Shown here: in pieces, positions 10,426-23,790 of the stretch
Position numbering within the stretch: position 1 is the stretch's first letter
Layout: every line of letters begins with the position of its first letter
From: Eledone cirrhosa
Lineage: Eukaryota
DNA: 64,000 nucleotides
Direction: 5' to 3'
Assembly (NCBI GenBank): GCA_964016885.1
Contig: OZ024742.1
Span: 277,326,001-277,390,000 of the forward strand
Notes under the pieces: generated by a model
What the model was told of the DNA's origin: nothing
Seen by the model: the letters and a program-made list of their open reading frames with translations, nothing else
Databases searched by the model: none
Translations under genes and position numbers: made by a program

Positions 10426-11437
10426 GTACATACACTTTTTATCTTTGAAAGAACAAAATTTTAGATTTTTACACACATTCTCTCTTAGATGTTCAACATA
10501 TCTTTCCATAACGATCGGTCAATTGTTAGCACTACACAGGGCAACTACCATTTTCATCTGGCATTCTAGCATATTTAATTCTTTCCATGTTACCGTCGTC
10601 CCATCTCTGGCAACTAAACAATCTCTCGTTTCGTTCATCTCAAAAATATTAATTCATGTTTGCACACACAAAGCTAAACTCAAAGCCTCAGCTCGAGCCA
10701 GCGCGGCTGGACCGAGGGGACCGCATGACAATCTCCCCATTCCGTGACGGTAGGCCACACGTCTCTCTTGCTACACGATGTGGCACCTTCTCTAGCGGCA
10801 GCATGCTGCGTCCGGCTGCCAGCTTAGTATCCGCTGTTTGCCATGCCGAAGATGGCAAACTGTCCGAGTATTGGCCGCTTTCTTATATGTTTGTGGTAGA
10901 GCGAGTAGCAGTGGAGACTACCAGTGTTCTTGACGCCTAGACAACGGCCCCCGCTCATGGCCATCGGAGCTGAGTTGGGTGCGCGAAGTTGCAAGTCTCC
11001 CCCAGTTTGATTGGCTCTACCAGCTCGTCTCCGTCACCGTCCTCCCAGGCAATATATTCTTCATCCTGTCGGTACGAAGAGGTGCAGGGTATGATAGTTT
11101 CCACCTCATATTTCTCTTCTGCTGCCTAGATATTTCTTCCTAGACATATGTTACCGAAAGTTTTCAGAGTAATCGAAAGCAACAGCTGATTTTTGATTTC
11201 ATAAAAACGACAACGACGATATCAACATATGAGAAGAATACATTTGGAAAGGTTGATTGGTGGTAAGTATTTCCGTTGGACATGCAAAATTATTGCCGAC
11301 GTATAGTGTTGAAATATTGCACAAGTTTTCTGATTAATGAAACAATGTTTCGATTATGACATCATCACTATTTAAATAGTGATAAGGACGCTTACAAATT
11401 GTTCAAAGAAGCAAAGAATGGAGTAAAGCAATTAGAG

Positions 11438-11509
11438 TTCCCATGCCGGGAATCGAACAAGGGCCACCTGGGTGAAAGCCAGGAATCCTAACCACTAGAC
11501 CACATGGGA
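11438..11509 (-). tRNA. trnE: tRNA-Glu(TTC), T-stem-broken allele (unit 9)
   Basis: G51T/G52T/C44T; T3 terminator. Confidence 0.75.
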
Positions 11510-11690
11510 AGCCATTGCTGAAATGAGGAAATAGTACACTTTTAAATGTGACAATATATTAATAAACTGTAGAAACTTCTATATATTTAGAGAAGCAGGC
11601 ATAACATGACAGGCACGGTTTTCATTCATAGATAAATATCACTAGCGATTTCTTCAATACGTTGCTTTACTAAAGGTCACCACCTATACA

Positions 11691-11762
11691 TCCTCGGTAG
11701 TATAGTGGTAAGTATCCCCGCCTGTCACGCGGGAGACCGGGGTTCGATTCCCCGCCGGGGAG
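11691..11762 (+). tRNA. trnD: tRNA-Asp(GTC) (unit 9)
   Basis: Consensus copy. Confidence 0.95.
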
Positions 11763-12773
11763 TACATACACTTTTTATCTATGAAAGAACAAAATTTTAG
11801 ATTTTTACACACATTCTCTCTTAGATGTTCAACATATCTTTCCATAACGATCGGTCAATTGTTAGCACTACACATGGCAACTACCATTTTCATCTGGCAT
11901 TCTAGCATATTTAATTCTTTCCATTTTACCGTCGTCCCATCTCTGGCAACTAAACAATCTCTCGTTTCGTTCATCTCAAAAATATTAATTCATGTTTGCA
12001 CACACAAAGCTAAACTCAAAGCCTCAGCTCGAGCCAGCGCGGCTGGACCGAGGGGACCGCATGACAATCTCCCCATTCCGTGACGGTAGGCCACACGTCT
12101 CTCTTGCTACACGATGTGGCACCTTCTCTAGCGGCAGCATGCTGCGTCCGGCTGCCAGCTTAGTATCCGCTGTTTGCCATGCCGAAGATGGCAAACTGTC
12201 CGAGTATCGGCCGCTTTCTTATATGTTTGTGGTAGAGCGAGTAGCAGTGGAGACTACCAGTGTTCTTGACGCCTAGACAACGGCCCCCGCTCATGGCCAT
12301 CGGAGCTGAGTTGGGTGCGCGAAGTTGCAAGTCTCCCCCAGTTTGATTGGCTCTACCAGCTCGTCTCCGTCACCGTCCTCCCAGGCAATATATTCTTCAT
12401 CCTGTCGGTACGAAGAGGTGCAGGGTATGATAGTTTCCACCTCATATTTCTCTTCTGCTGCCTAGATATTTCTTCCTAGACATATGTTACCGAAAGTTTT
12501 CAGAGTAATCGAAAGCAACAGCTGATTTTTGATTTCATAAAAACGACAACGACGATATCAACATAAGAGAAGAATACATTTGGAAAGGTTGATTGGTGGT
12601 AAGTATTTCCGTTGGACATGCAAAATTATTGCCGACGTATAGTGTTGAAATATTGCACAAGTTTACTGATTAATGAAACAATGTTTCGACTATTACATCA
12701 TCACTATTTAAATTGTGATAAGGACGCTTACAAATTGTTAGAAGAAGCAAAGAATGGAGTAAAACAATTAGAG

Positions 12774-12845
12774 TTCCCATGCCGGGAATCGAACCCGGGC
12801 CGCCTGGGTGAAAGTCAGGAATCCTAACCACTAGACCACATGTGA
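12774..12845 (-). tRNA. trnE: tRNA-Glu(TTC), C3A+G31A variant (unit 10)
   Basis: Two stem mismatches. Confidence 0.78.
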
Positions 12846-13026
12846 AGCCATTGCTGAAATGAGGAAATAGTACACTTTTAAATGTGACAATATATTAATA
12901 AACTGTAGAAACTTCTATATATTTAGAGAAGCAGGCATAACATGACAGGCACGGTTTTCATTCATAGATAAATATCACTAGCGATTTCTTCAATACGTTG
13001 CTTTACTAAAGGTCACCACCTATACA

Positions 13027-13098
13027 TCCTCGGTAGTATAGTGGTAAGTGTCCCCGCCTGTCACGCGGGAGACCGGGGTTCGATTCCCCGCCGGGGAG
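13027..13098 (+). tRNA. trnD: tRNA-Asp(GTC), A24G variant (unit 10)
   Basis: T11.G24 wobble. Confidence 0.92.
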
Positions 13099-14109
13099 TA
13101 CATACACTTTTTATCTATGAAAGAACAAAATTTTAGATTTTTACACACATTCTCTCTTAGATGTTCAACATATCTTTCCATAACGATCGGTCAATTGTTA
13201 GCACTACACATGGCAACTACCATTTTCATCTGGCATTCTAGCATATTTAATTCTTTCCATTTTACCGTCGTCCCATCTCTGGCAACTAAACAATCTCTCG
13301 TTTCGTTCATCTCAAAAATATTAATTCATGTTTGCACACACAAAGCTAAACTCAAAGCCTCAGCTCGAGCCAGCGCGGCTGGACCGAGGGGACGCCATGA
13401 CAATCTTGCCATTCCGTGACGGTAGGCCACACGTCTCTCTTGCTTCACGATGTGGCACCTTCTCTAGCGGCAGCATGCTGCGTCCAGCTGCCAGCTTAGT
13501 ATCCGCTGTTTGCCACGCCGAAGATGGGAAACTGTCCGAGTATTGGCCGCTTTCTTATATGTTTGTGGTAGAGCGAGTAGCAGTGGAGACTACCAGTGTT
13601 CTTGACCCCTAGACAACGGCCCCCGCTCATGGCCATCGGAGCTGAGTTGGGTGAGCGAAGTTGCAAGTCTCCCCCAGTTTGATTGGCTCTACCAGCTCGT
13701 CTCCGTCACCGTCCTCCCAGGCAATATATTCTTCATCCTGTCGGTACGAAGAGGTGCAGGGTATGATAGTTTCCACCTCATATTTCTCTTCTGCTGCCTA
13801 GATATTTCTTCCTAGACATATGTTACCGAAAGTTTTCAGAGTAATCGAAAGCAACAGCTGATTTTTGATTTCATAAAAACGACAACGACGATATCAACAT
13901 ATGAGAAGAATACATTTGGAAAGGTTGATTGGTGGTAAGTATTTCCGTTGGACATGCAAAATTATTGCCGACGTATAGTGTTGAAATATTGCACAAGTTT
14001 TCTGATTAATGAAACAATGTTTCGATTATGACATCATCACTATTTAAATAGTGATAAGGACGCTTACAAATTGTTCAAAGAAGCAAAGAATGGAGTAAAG
14101 CAATTAGAG

Positions 14110-14181
14110 TTCCCATGCCGGGAATCGAACAAGGGCCACCTGGGTGAAAGCCAGGAATCCTAACCACTAGACCACATGGGA
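14110..14181 (-). tRNA. trnE: tRNA-Glu(TTC), T-stem-broken allele (unit 11)
   Basis: G51T/G52T/C44T; T3 terminator. Confidence 0.75.
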
Positions 14182-14362
14182 ATCCATTGCTGAAATGAGG
14201 AAATAGTACACTTTTAAATGTGACAATATATTAATAAACTGTAGACACTTCTATATATTTATAGAAGCAGGCATAACATGACAGGCACGGTTTTCATTCA
14301 TAGATAAATATCACTAGCGATTTCTTCAATACGTTGCTCTACTAAAGGTCACCACCTATACA

Positions 14363-14434
14363 TCCTCGGTAGTATAGTGGTAAGTATCCCCGCCTGTCAC
14401 GCGGGAGACCGGGGTTCGATTCCCCGTCGTGGAG
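14363..14434 (+). tRNA. trnD: tRNA-Asp(GTC), C66T+G69T variant (unit 11)
   Basis: Acceptor stem weakened. Confidence 0.85.
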
Positions 14435-15446
14435 GTACATATACTTTTTATCTATGAAAGAACAAAATTTTAGATTTTTACACACATTCTCTCTTAGATG
14501 TTCAACATATCTTTCCATAACGATCGGTCAATTGTTAGCACTACACATGGCAACTACCATTTTCATCTGGCATTCTAGCATATTTAATTCTTTCCATTTT
14601 ACCGTCGTCCCATCTCTGGCAACTAAACAATCTCTCGTTTCGTTCATCTCAAAAATATTAATTCATGTTTGCACACACAAAGCTAAACTCAAAGCCTCAG
14701 CTCGAGCCAGCGCGGCTGGACCGAGGGGACGCCATGACAATCTTCCCATTCCGTGACGGTAGGCCACACGTCTCTCTTGCTACACGATGTGGCACCTTCT
14801 CTAGCGGCAGCATGCTGCGTCCAGCTGCCAGCTTAGTATCCGCTCTTTGCCACGCCGAAGATGGGAAACTGTCCGAGTATCGGCCGCTTTCTTATATGTT
14901 TGTGGTAGAGCGAGTAGCAGTGGAGACTACCAGTGTTCTTGACGCCTAGACAACGGCCCCCGCTCATGGCCATCGGAGCTGAGCTGGGTGCGCGAAGTTG
15001 CAAGTCTCCCCCAGTTTGATTGGCTCTACCAGCTCGGCTCCGTCACCGTCCTCCCAGGCAATATATTCTTCATCCTGTCGGTACGAAGAGGTGCAGGGTA
15101 TGATAGTTTCCACCTCATATTTCTCTTCTGCTGCCTAGATATTTCTTCCTAGACATATGTTACCGAAAGTTTTCAGAGTAATCGAAAGCAACAGCTGATT
15201 TTTGATTTCATAAAAACGACAACGACGATATCAACATAAGAGAAGAATACATTTGGAAAGGTTGGTTGGTGGTAAGTATTTCCGTTGGACATGCAAAATT
15301 ATTGCCGACGTATAGTGTTGAAATATTGCACAAGTTTACTGATTAATGAAACAATGTTTCGACTATTACATCATCACGATTTAAATTGTGATAAGGACGC
15401 TTACAAATTGTTAGAAGAAGCAAAGAATGTAGTAAAACAATTAGAG

Positions 15447-15518
15447 TTCCCATGCCGGGAATCGAACCCGGGCCGGCTGGGTGAAAGCCAGGAATCCTAA
15501 CCACTAGACCACATGGGA
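15447..15518 (-). tRNA. trnE: tRNA-Glu(TTC), G43C variant (unit 12)
   Basis: C27.C43 mismatch. Confidence 0.87.
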
Positions 15519-15699
15519 AGCCATTGCTGAAATGAGGAAATAGTACACTTTTAAATGTGACAATATATTAATAAACTGTAGAAACTTCTATATATTTAGA
15601 GAAGCAGGCATAACATGACAGGCACGGTTTTCATTCATAGATAAATATCACTAGCGATTTCTTCAATACGTTGCTTTACTAAAGGTCACCACCTATACA

Positions 15700-15771
15700 T
15701 CCTCGGTAGTATAGTGGTAAGTATCCCCGCCTGTCACGCGGGAGACCGGGGTTCGATTCCCCGCCGGGGAG
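15700..15771 (+). tRNA. trnD: tRNA-Asp(GTC) (unit 12)
   Basis: Consensus copy. Confidence 0.95.
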
Positions 15772-16782
15772 TACATACACTTTTTATCTATGAAAGAACA
15801 AAATTTTAGATTTTTACACACATTCTCTCTTAGATGTTCAACATATCTTTCCATAACGATCGGTCAATTGTTAGCACTACACATGGCAACTACCATTTTC
15901 ATCTGGCATTCTAGCATATTTAATTCTTTCCATTTTACCGTCGTCCCATCTCTGGCAACTAAACAATCTCTCGTTTCGTTCATCTCAAAAATATTAATTC
16001 ATGTTTGCACACACAAAGCTAAACTCAAAGCCTCAGCTCGAGCCAGCGCGGCTGGACCGAGGGGACCGCATGACAATCTCCCCATTCCGTGACGGTAGGC
16101 CACACGTCTCTCTTGCTACACGATGTGGCACCTTCTCTAGCGGCAGCATGCTGCGTCCGGCTGCCAGCTTAGTATCCGCTGTTTGCCATGCCGAAGATGG
16201 CAAACTGTCCGAGTATCGGCCGCTTTCTTATATGTTTGTGGTAGAGCGAGTAGCAGTGGAGACTACCAGTGTTCTTGACGCCTAGACAACGGCCCCCGCT
16301 CATGGCCATCGGAGCTGAGTTGGGTGCGCGAAGTTGCAAGTCTCCCCCAGTTTGATTGGCTCTACCAGCTCGTCTCCGTCACCGTCCTCCCAGGCAATAT
16401 ATTCTTCATCCTGTCGGTACGAAGAGGTGCAGGGTATGATAGTTTCCACCTCATATTTCTCTTCTGCTGCCTAGATATTTCTTCCTAGACATATGTTACC
16501 GAAAGTTTTCAGAGTAATCGAAAGCAACAGCTGATTTTTGATTTCATAAAAACGACAACGACGATATCAACATAAGAGAAGAATACATTTGGAAAGGTTG
16601 ATTGGTGGTAAGTATTTCCGTTGGACATGCAAAATTATTGCCGACGTATAGTGTTGAAATATTGCACAAGTTTACTGATTAATGAAACAATGTTTCGACT
16701 ATTACATCATCACTATTTAAATTGTGATAAGGACGCTTACAAATTGTTAGAAGAAGCAAAGAATGGAGTAAAACAATTAGAG

Positions 16783-16854
16783 TTCCCATGCCGGGAATCG
16801 AACCCGGGCCGCCTGGGTGAAAGTCAGGAATCCTAACCACTAGACCACATGGGA
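16783..16854 (-). tRNA. trnE: tRNA-Glu(TTC), G31A variant (unit 13)
   Basis: A31.C39 mismatch. Confidence 0.85.
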
Positions 16855-17035
16855 AGCCATTGCTGAAATGAGGAAATAGTACACTTTTAAATGTGACAAT
16901 ATATTAATAAACTGTAGAAACTTCTATATATTTAGAGAAGCAGGCATAACATGACAGGCACGGTTTTCATTCATAGATAAATATCACTAGCGATTTCTTC
17001 AATACGTTGCTTTACTAAAGGTCACCACCTATACA

Positions 17036-17107
17036 TCCTCGGTAGTATAGTGGTAAGTATCCCCGCCTGTCACGCGGGAGACCGGGGTTCGATTCCCCGC
17101 CGGGGAG
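17036..17107 (+). tRNA. trnD: tRNA-Asp(GTC) (unit 13)
   Basis: Consensus copy. Confidence 0.95.
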
Positions 17108-18119
17108 GTACATACACTTTTTATCTATGAAAGAACAACATTTTAGATTTTTACACACATTCTCTCTTAGATGTTCAACATATCTTTCCATAACGATCGG
17201 TCAATTGTTAGCACTACACAGGGCAACTACCATTTTCATCTGGCATTCTAGCATATTTAATTCTTTCCATGTTACCATCGTCCCATCTCTGGCAACTAAA
17301 CAATCTCTCGTTTCGTTCATCTCAAAAATATTAATTCATGTTTGCACACACAAAGCTAAACTCAAAGCCTCAGCTCGAGCCAGCGCGGCTGGACCGAGGG
17401 GACGCCATGACAATCTTGCCATTCCGTGACGGTAGGCCACACGTCTCTCTTGCTACACGATGTGGCACCTTCTCTAGCGGCAGCATGCTGCGTCCAGCTG
17501 CCAGCTTAGTATCCGCTGTTTGCCACGCCGAAGATGGGAAACTGTCCGAGTATTGGCCGCTTTCTTATATGTTTGTGGTAGAGCGAGTAGCAGTGGAGAC
17601 TACCAGTGTTCTTGACCCCTAGACAACGGCCCCCGCTCATGGCCATCGGAGCTGAGTTGGGTGAGCGAAGTTGCAAGTCTCCCCCAGTTTGATTGGCTCT
17701 ACCAGCTCGTCTCCGTCACCGTCCTCCCAGGCAATATATTCTTCATCCTGTCGGTACGAAGAGGTGCAGGGTATGATAGTTTCCACCTCATATTTCTCTT
17801 CTGCTGCCTAGATATTTCTTCCTAGACATATGTTACCGAAAGTTTTCAGAGTAATCGAAAGCAACAGCTGATTTTTGATTTCATAAAAACGACAACGACG
17901 ATATCAACATATGAGAAGAATACATTTGGAAAGGTTGATTGGTGGTAAGTATTTCCGTTGGACATGCAAAATTATTGCCGACGTATAGTGTTGAAATATT
18001 GCACAAGTTTTCTGATTAATGAAACAATGTTTCGATTATGACATCATCACTATTTAAATAGTGATAAGGACGCTTACAAATTGTTCAAAGAAGCAAAGAA
18101 TGGAGTAAAGCAATTAGAG

Positions 18120-18191
18120 TTCCCATGCCGGGAATCGAACAAGGGCCACCTGGGTGAAAGCCAGGAATCCTAACCACTAGACCACATGGGA
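18120..18191 (-). tRNA. trnE: tRNA-Glu(TTC), T-stem-broken allele (unit 14)
   Basis: G51T/G52T/C44T; T3 terminator. Confidence 0.75.
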
Positions 18192-18372
18192 ATCCATTGC
18201 TGAAATGAGGAAATAGTACACTTTTAAATGTGACAATATATTAATAAACTGTAGACACTTCTATATATTTATAGAAGCAGGCATAACATGACAGGCACGG
18301 TTTTCATTCATAGATAAATATCACTAGCGATTTCTTCAATACGTTGCTCTACTAAAGGTCACCACCTATACA

Positions 18373-18444
18373 TCCTCGGTAGTATAGTGGTAAGTATCCC
18401 CGCCTGTCACGCGGGAGACCGGGGTTCGATTCCCCGTCGGGGAG
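18373..18444 (+). tRNA. trnD: tRNA-Asp(GTC), C66T variant (unit 14)
   Basis: G7.T66 wobble. Confidence 0.92.
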
Positions 18445-19456
18445 GTACATATACTTTTTATCTATGAAAGAACAAAATTTTAGATTTTTACACACATTCT
18501 CTCTTAGATGTTCAACATATCTTTCCATAACGATCGGTCAATTGTTAGCACTACACATGGCAACTACCATTTTCATCTGGCATTCTAGCATATTTAATTC
18601 TTTCCATTTTACCGTCGTCCCATCTCTGGCAACTAAACAATCTCTCGTTTCGTTCATCTCAAAAATATTAATTCATGTTTGCACACACAAAGCTAAACTC
18701 AAAGCCTCAGCTCGAGCCAGCGCGGCTGGACCGAGGGGACGCCATGACAATCTTCCCATTCCGTGACGGTAGGCCACACGTCTCTCTTGCTACACGATGT
18801 GGCACCTTCTCTAGCGGCAGCATGCTGCGTCCAGCTGCCAGCTTAGTATCCGCTCTTTGCCACGCCGAAGATGGGAAACTGTCCGAGTATCGGCCGCTTT
18901 CTTATATGTTTGTGGTAGAGCGAGTAGCAGTGGAGACTACCAGTGTTCTTGACGCCTAGACAACGGCCCCCGCTCATGGCCATCGGAGCTGAGCTGGGTG
19001 CGCGAAGTTGCAAGTCTCCCCCAGTTTGATTGGCTCTACCAGCTCGGCTCCGTCACCGTCCTCCCAGGCAATATATTCTTCATCCTGTCGGTACGAAGAG
19101 GTGCAGGGTATGATAGTTTCCACCTCATATTTCTCTTCTGCTGCCTAGATATTTCTTCCTAGACATATGTTACCGAAAGTTTTCAGAGTAATCGAAAGCA
19201 ACAGCTGATTTTTGATTTCATAAAAACGACAACGACGATATCAACATAAGAGAAGAATACATTTGGAAAGGTTGGTTGGTGGTAAGTATTTCCGTTGGAC
19301 ATGCAAAATTATTGCCGACGTATAGTGTTGAAATATTGCACAAGTTTACTGATTAATGAAACAATGTTTCGACTATTACATCATCACTATTTAAATTGTG
19401 ATAAGGACGCTTACAAATTGTTAGAAGAAGCAAAGAATGTAGTAAAACAATTAGAG

Positions 19457-19528
19457 TTCCCATGCCGGGAATCGAACCCGGGCCGCCTGGGTGAAAGCCA
19501 GGAATCCTAACCACTAGACCACATGGGA
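19457..19528 (-). tRNA. trnE: tRNA-Glu(TTC) (unit 15)
   Basis: Consensus copy. Confidence 0.95.
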
Positions 19529-19709
19529 AGCCATTGCTGAAATGAGGAAATAGTACACTTTTAAATGTGACAATATATTAATAAACTGTAGAAACTTCTA
19601 TATATTTAGAGAAGCAGGCATAACATGACAGGCACGGTTTTCATTCATAGATAAATATCACTAGCGATTTCTTCAATACGTTGCTTTACTAAAGGTCACC
19701 ACCTATACA

Positions 19710-19781
19710 TCCTCGGTAGTATAGTGGTAAGTATCCCCGCCTGTCACGCGGGAGACCGGGGTTCGATTCCCCGCCGGGGAG
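19710..19781 (+). tRNA. trnD: tRNA-Asp(GTC) (unit 15)
   Basis: Consensus copy. Confidence 0.95.
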
Positions 19782-20792
19782 TACATACACTTTTTATCTA
19801 TGAAAGAACAAAATTTTAGATTTTTACACACATTCTCTCTTAGATGTTCAACATATCTTTCCATAACGATCGGTCAATTGTTAGCACTACACATGGCAAC
19901 TACCATTTTCATCTGGCATTCTAGCATATTTAATTCTTTCCATTTTACCGTCGTCCCATCTCTGGCAACTAAACAATCTCTCGTTTCGTTCATCTCAAAA
20001 ATATTAATTCATGTTTGCACACACAAAGCTAAACTCAAAGCCTCAGCTCGAGCCAGCGCGGCTGGACCGAGGGGACCGCATGACAATCTCCCCATTCCGT
20101 GACGGTAGGCCACACGTCTCTCTTGCTACACGATGTGGCACCTTCTCTAGCGGCAGCATGCTGCGTCCGGCTGCCAGCTTAGTATCCGCTGTTTGCCATG
20201 CCGAAGATGGCAAACTGTCCGAGTATCGGCCGCTTTCTTATATGTTTGTGGTAGAGCGAGTAGCAGTGGAGACTACCAGTGTTCTTGACGCCTAGACAAC
20301 GGCCCCCGCTCATGGCCATCGGAGCTGAGTTGGGTGCGCGAAGTTGCAAGTCTCCCCCAGTTTGATTGGCTCTACCAGCTCGTCTCCGTCACCGTCCTCC
20401 CAGGCAATATATTCTTCATCCTGTCGGTACGAAGAGGTGCAGGGTATGATAGTTTCCACCTCATATTTCTCTTCTGCTGCCTAGATATTTCTTCCTAGAC
20501 ATATGTTACCGAAAGTTTTCAGAGTAATCGAAAGCAACAGCTGATTTTTGATTTCATAAAAACGACAACGACGATATCAACATAAGAGAAGAATACATTT
20601 GGAAAGGTTGATTGGTGGTAAGTATTTCCGTTGGACATGCAAAATTATTGCCGACGTATAGTGTTGAAATATTGCACAAGTTTACTGATTAATGAAACAA
20701 TGTTTCGACTATTACATCATCACTATTTAAATTGTGATAAGGACGCTTACAAATTGTTAGAAGAAGCAAAGAATGGAGTAAAACAATTAGAG

Positions 20793-20864
20793 CTCCCATG
20801 CCGGGAATCGAACCCGGGCCGCAGGGGTGAAAGCCAGGAATCCTAACCACTAGACCACATGGGA
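20793..20864 (-). tRNA. trnE: tRNA-Glu(TTC), anticodon-stem-broken allele (unit 16)
   Basis: A41C/G42T, A73G. Confidence 0.75.
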
Positions 20865-21045
20865 AGCCATTGCTGAATTGAGGAAATAGTACACTTATAA
20901 ATGCGACAATATATTAATAAACTGTAGAAACTTCTATATATTTATAGAAGCAGGCATAACATGACAGGCACGGTTTTCATTCATAGATAAATATCACTAG
21001 CGATTTCTTCAATACGTTGCTTTACTAAAGGTCACCATCTATACA

Positions 21046-21117
21046 TCCTCGGTAGTATAGTGGTAACTATCCCCGCCTGTCACGCGGGAGACCGGGGTTC
21101 GATTCCCCGCCGGGGAG
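21046..21117 (+). tRNA. trnD: tRNA-Asp(GTC), G22C variant (unit 16)
   Basis: Same allele as unit 5. Confidence 0.9.
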
Positions 21118-22129
21118 GTACATACACTTTTTATCTTTGAAAGAACAAAATTTTAGATTTTTACACACATTCTCTCTTAGATGTTCAACATATCTTTCCA
21201 TAACGATCGGTCAATTGTTAGCACTACACAGGGCAACTACCATTTTCATCTGGCATTCTAGCATATTTAATTCTTTCCATGTTACCATCGTCCCATCTCT
21301 GGCAACTAAACAATCTCTCGTTTCGTTCATCTCAAAAATATTAATTCATGTTTGCACACACAAAGCTAAACTCAAAGCCTCAGCTCGAGCCAGCGCGGCT
21401 GGACCGAGGGGACGCCATGACTATCTTCCCATTCCGTGACGGTAGGCCACACGTCTCTCTTGCTACACGATGTGGCACCTTCTCTAGCGGCAGCATGCTG
21501 CGTCCAGCTGCCAGCTTAGTATCCGCTGTTTGCCACGCCGAAGATGGGAAACTGTCCGAGTATTGGCCGCTTTCTTATATGTTTGTGGTAGAGCGAGTAG
21601 CAGTGGAGACTACCAGTGTTCTTGACCCCTAGACAACGGCCCCCGCTCATGGCCATCGGAGCTGAGTTGGGTGAGCGAAGTTGCAAGTCTCCCCCAGTTT
21701 GATTGGCTCTACCAGCTCGTCTCCGTCACCGTCCTCCCAGGCAATATATTCTTCATCCTGTCGGTACGAAGAGGTGCAGGGTATGATAGTTTCCACCTCA
21801 TATTTCTCTTCTGCTGCCTAGATATTTCTTCCTAGACATATGTTACCGAAAGTTTTCAGAGTAATCGAAAGCAACAACTGATTTTTGATTTCATAAAAAC
21901 GACAACGACGATATCAACATATGAGAAGAATACATTTGGAAAGGTTGATTGGTGGTAAGTATTTCCGTTGGACATGCAAAATTATTGCCGACGTATAGTG
22001 TTGAAATATTGCACAAGTTTTCTGATTAATGAAACAATGTTTCGATTATGACATCATCACTATTTAAATAGTGATAAGGACGCTTACAAATTGTTCAAAG
22101 AAGCAAAGAATGGAGTAAAGCAATTAGAG

Positions 22130-22201
22130 TTCCCATGCCGGGAATCGAACAAGGGCCACCTGGGTGAAAGCCAGGAATCCTAACCACTAGACCACATGGG
22201 A
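22130..22201 (-). tRNA. trnE: tRNA-Glu(TTC), T-stem-broken allele (unit 17)
   Basis: G51T/G52T/C44T; T3 terminator. Confidence 0.75.
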
Positions 22202-22382
22202 AGCCATTGCTGAAATGAGGAAATAGTACACTTTTAAATGTGACAATATATTAATAAACTGTAGAAACTTCTATATATTTATAGAAGCAGGCATAACATG
22301 ACAGGCACGGTTTTCATTCATAGATAAATATCACTAGCGATTTCTTCAATACGTTGCTTTACTAAAGGTCACCACCTATACA

Positions 22383-22454
22383 TCCTCGGTAGTATAGTGG
22401 TAAGTATCCCCGCCTGTCACGCGGGAGACCGGGGTTCGATTCCCCGCCGGGGAG
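22383..22454 (+). tRNA. trnD: tRNA-Asp(GTC) (unit 17)
   Basis: Consensus copy. Confidence 0.95.
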
Positions 22455-23466
22455 GTACATACACTTTTTATCTATGAAAGAACAAAATTTTAGATTTTTA
22501 CACACATTCTCTCTTAGATGTTCAACATATCTTTCCATAACGATCGGTCAATTGTTAGCACTACACATGGCAACTACCATTTTCATCTGGCATTCTAGCA
22601 TATTTAATTCTTTCCATTTTACCGTCGTCCCATCTCTGGCAACTAAACAATCTCTCGTTTCGTTCATCTCAAAATTATTAATTCATGTTTGCACACACAA
22701 AGCTAAACTCAAAGCCTCAGCTCGAGCCAGCGCGGCTGGACCGAGGGGACGCCATGACAATCTTCCCATTCCGTGACGGTAGGCCACACGTCTCTCTTGC
22801 TACACGATGTGGCACCTTCTCTAGCGGCAGCATGCTGCGTCCGGCTGCCAGCTTAGGATCCGCTTTTTGCCATGTCGAAGATGGCAAACTGTCCGAGTAT
22901 CGGCCGCTTTCTTATATGTTTGTGGTAGAGCGATTAGCAGTGGAGACTACCAGTGTTCTTGACCCCTAGACAACGGCCCCCGCTCATGGCCATCGGAGCT
23001 GAGTTGGGTGCGCGAAGTTGCAAGTCTCCCCCAGTTTGATTGGCTCTACCAGCTCGTCTCCGTCACCGTCCTCCCAGGCAATATATTCTTCATCCTGTCG
23101 GTACGAAGAGGTGCAGGGTAAGATAGTTTCCACCTCATATTTCTCTTCTGCTGCCTAGATATTTCTTCCTAGACATATGTTACCGAAAGTTTTCAGAGTA
23201 ATCGAAAGCAACAGTTGATTTTTGATTTCATAAAAACTACAACGACGATATCAACATAAGAGAAGAATACATTTGGAAAGGTTGATTGGTGGTAAGTATT
23301 TCCGTTGGACATGCAAAATTATTGCCGACGTATAGTGTTGAAATATTGCACAAGTTTTCTGATTAGTGAAACAATGTTTCGATTATGACATCATCACTAT
23401 TTAAATTATGATAAGGACGCTTACAAATTGTTAGAAGAAGCAAAGAATGGAGTAAAACAATTAGAG

Positions 23467-23538
23467 TTCCCATGCCGGGAATCGAACCCGGGCCGCCTGA
23501 GTGAAAGCCAGGAATCCTAACCACTAGACCACATGGGA
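23467..23538 (-). tRNA. trnE: tRNA-Glu(TTC), C39T variant (unit 18)
   Basis: G31.T39 wobble, otherwise intact. Confidence 0.92.
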
Positions 23539-23719
23539 AGCCATTTCTGAAATGAGGAAATAGTACACTTTTAAATGTGACAATATATTAATAAACTGTA
23601 GAAACTTCTATATATTTAGAGAAGCAGGCATAACATGACAGGCACGGTTTTCATTCATAGATAAATATCACTAGCGATTTCTTCAATACGTTGCTCTACT
23701 AAAGGTCACCACCTGTACA

Positions 23720-23790
23720 TCCTCGGTAGTATAGTGGTAAGTATCCCCGCCTGTCACGCGGGAGACCGGGGTTCGATTCCCCGCCGGGAG
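23720..23790 (+). tRNA. trnD: tRNA-Asp(GTC), 1-nt deletion in acceptor 3' strand (unit 18)
   Basis: CCGGGAG instead of CCGGGGAG. Confidence 0.75.
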
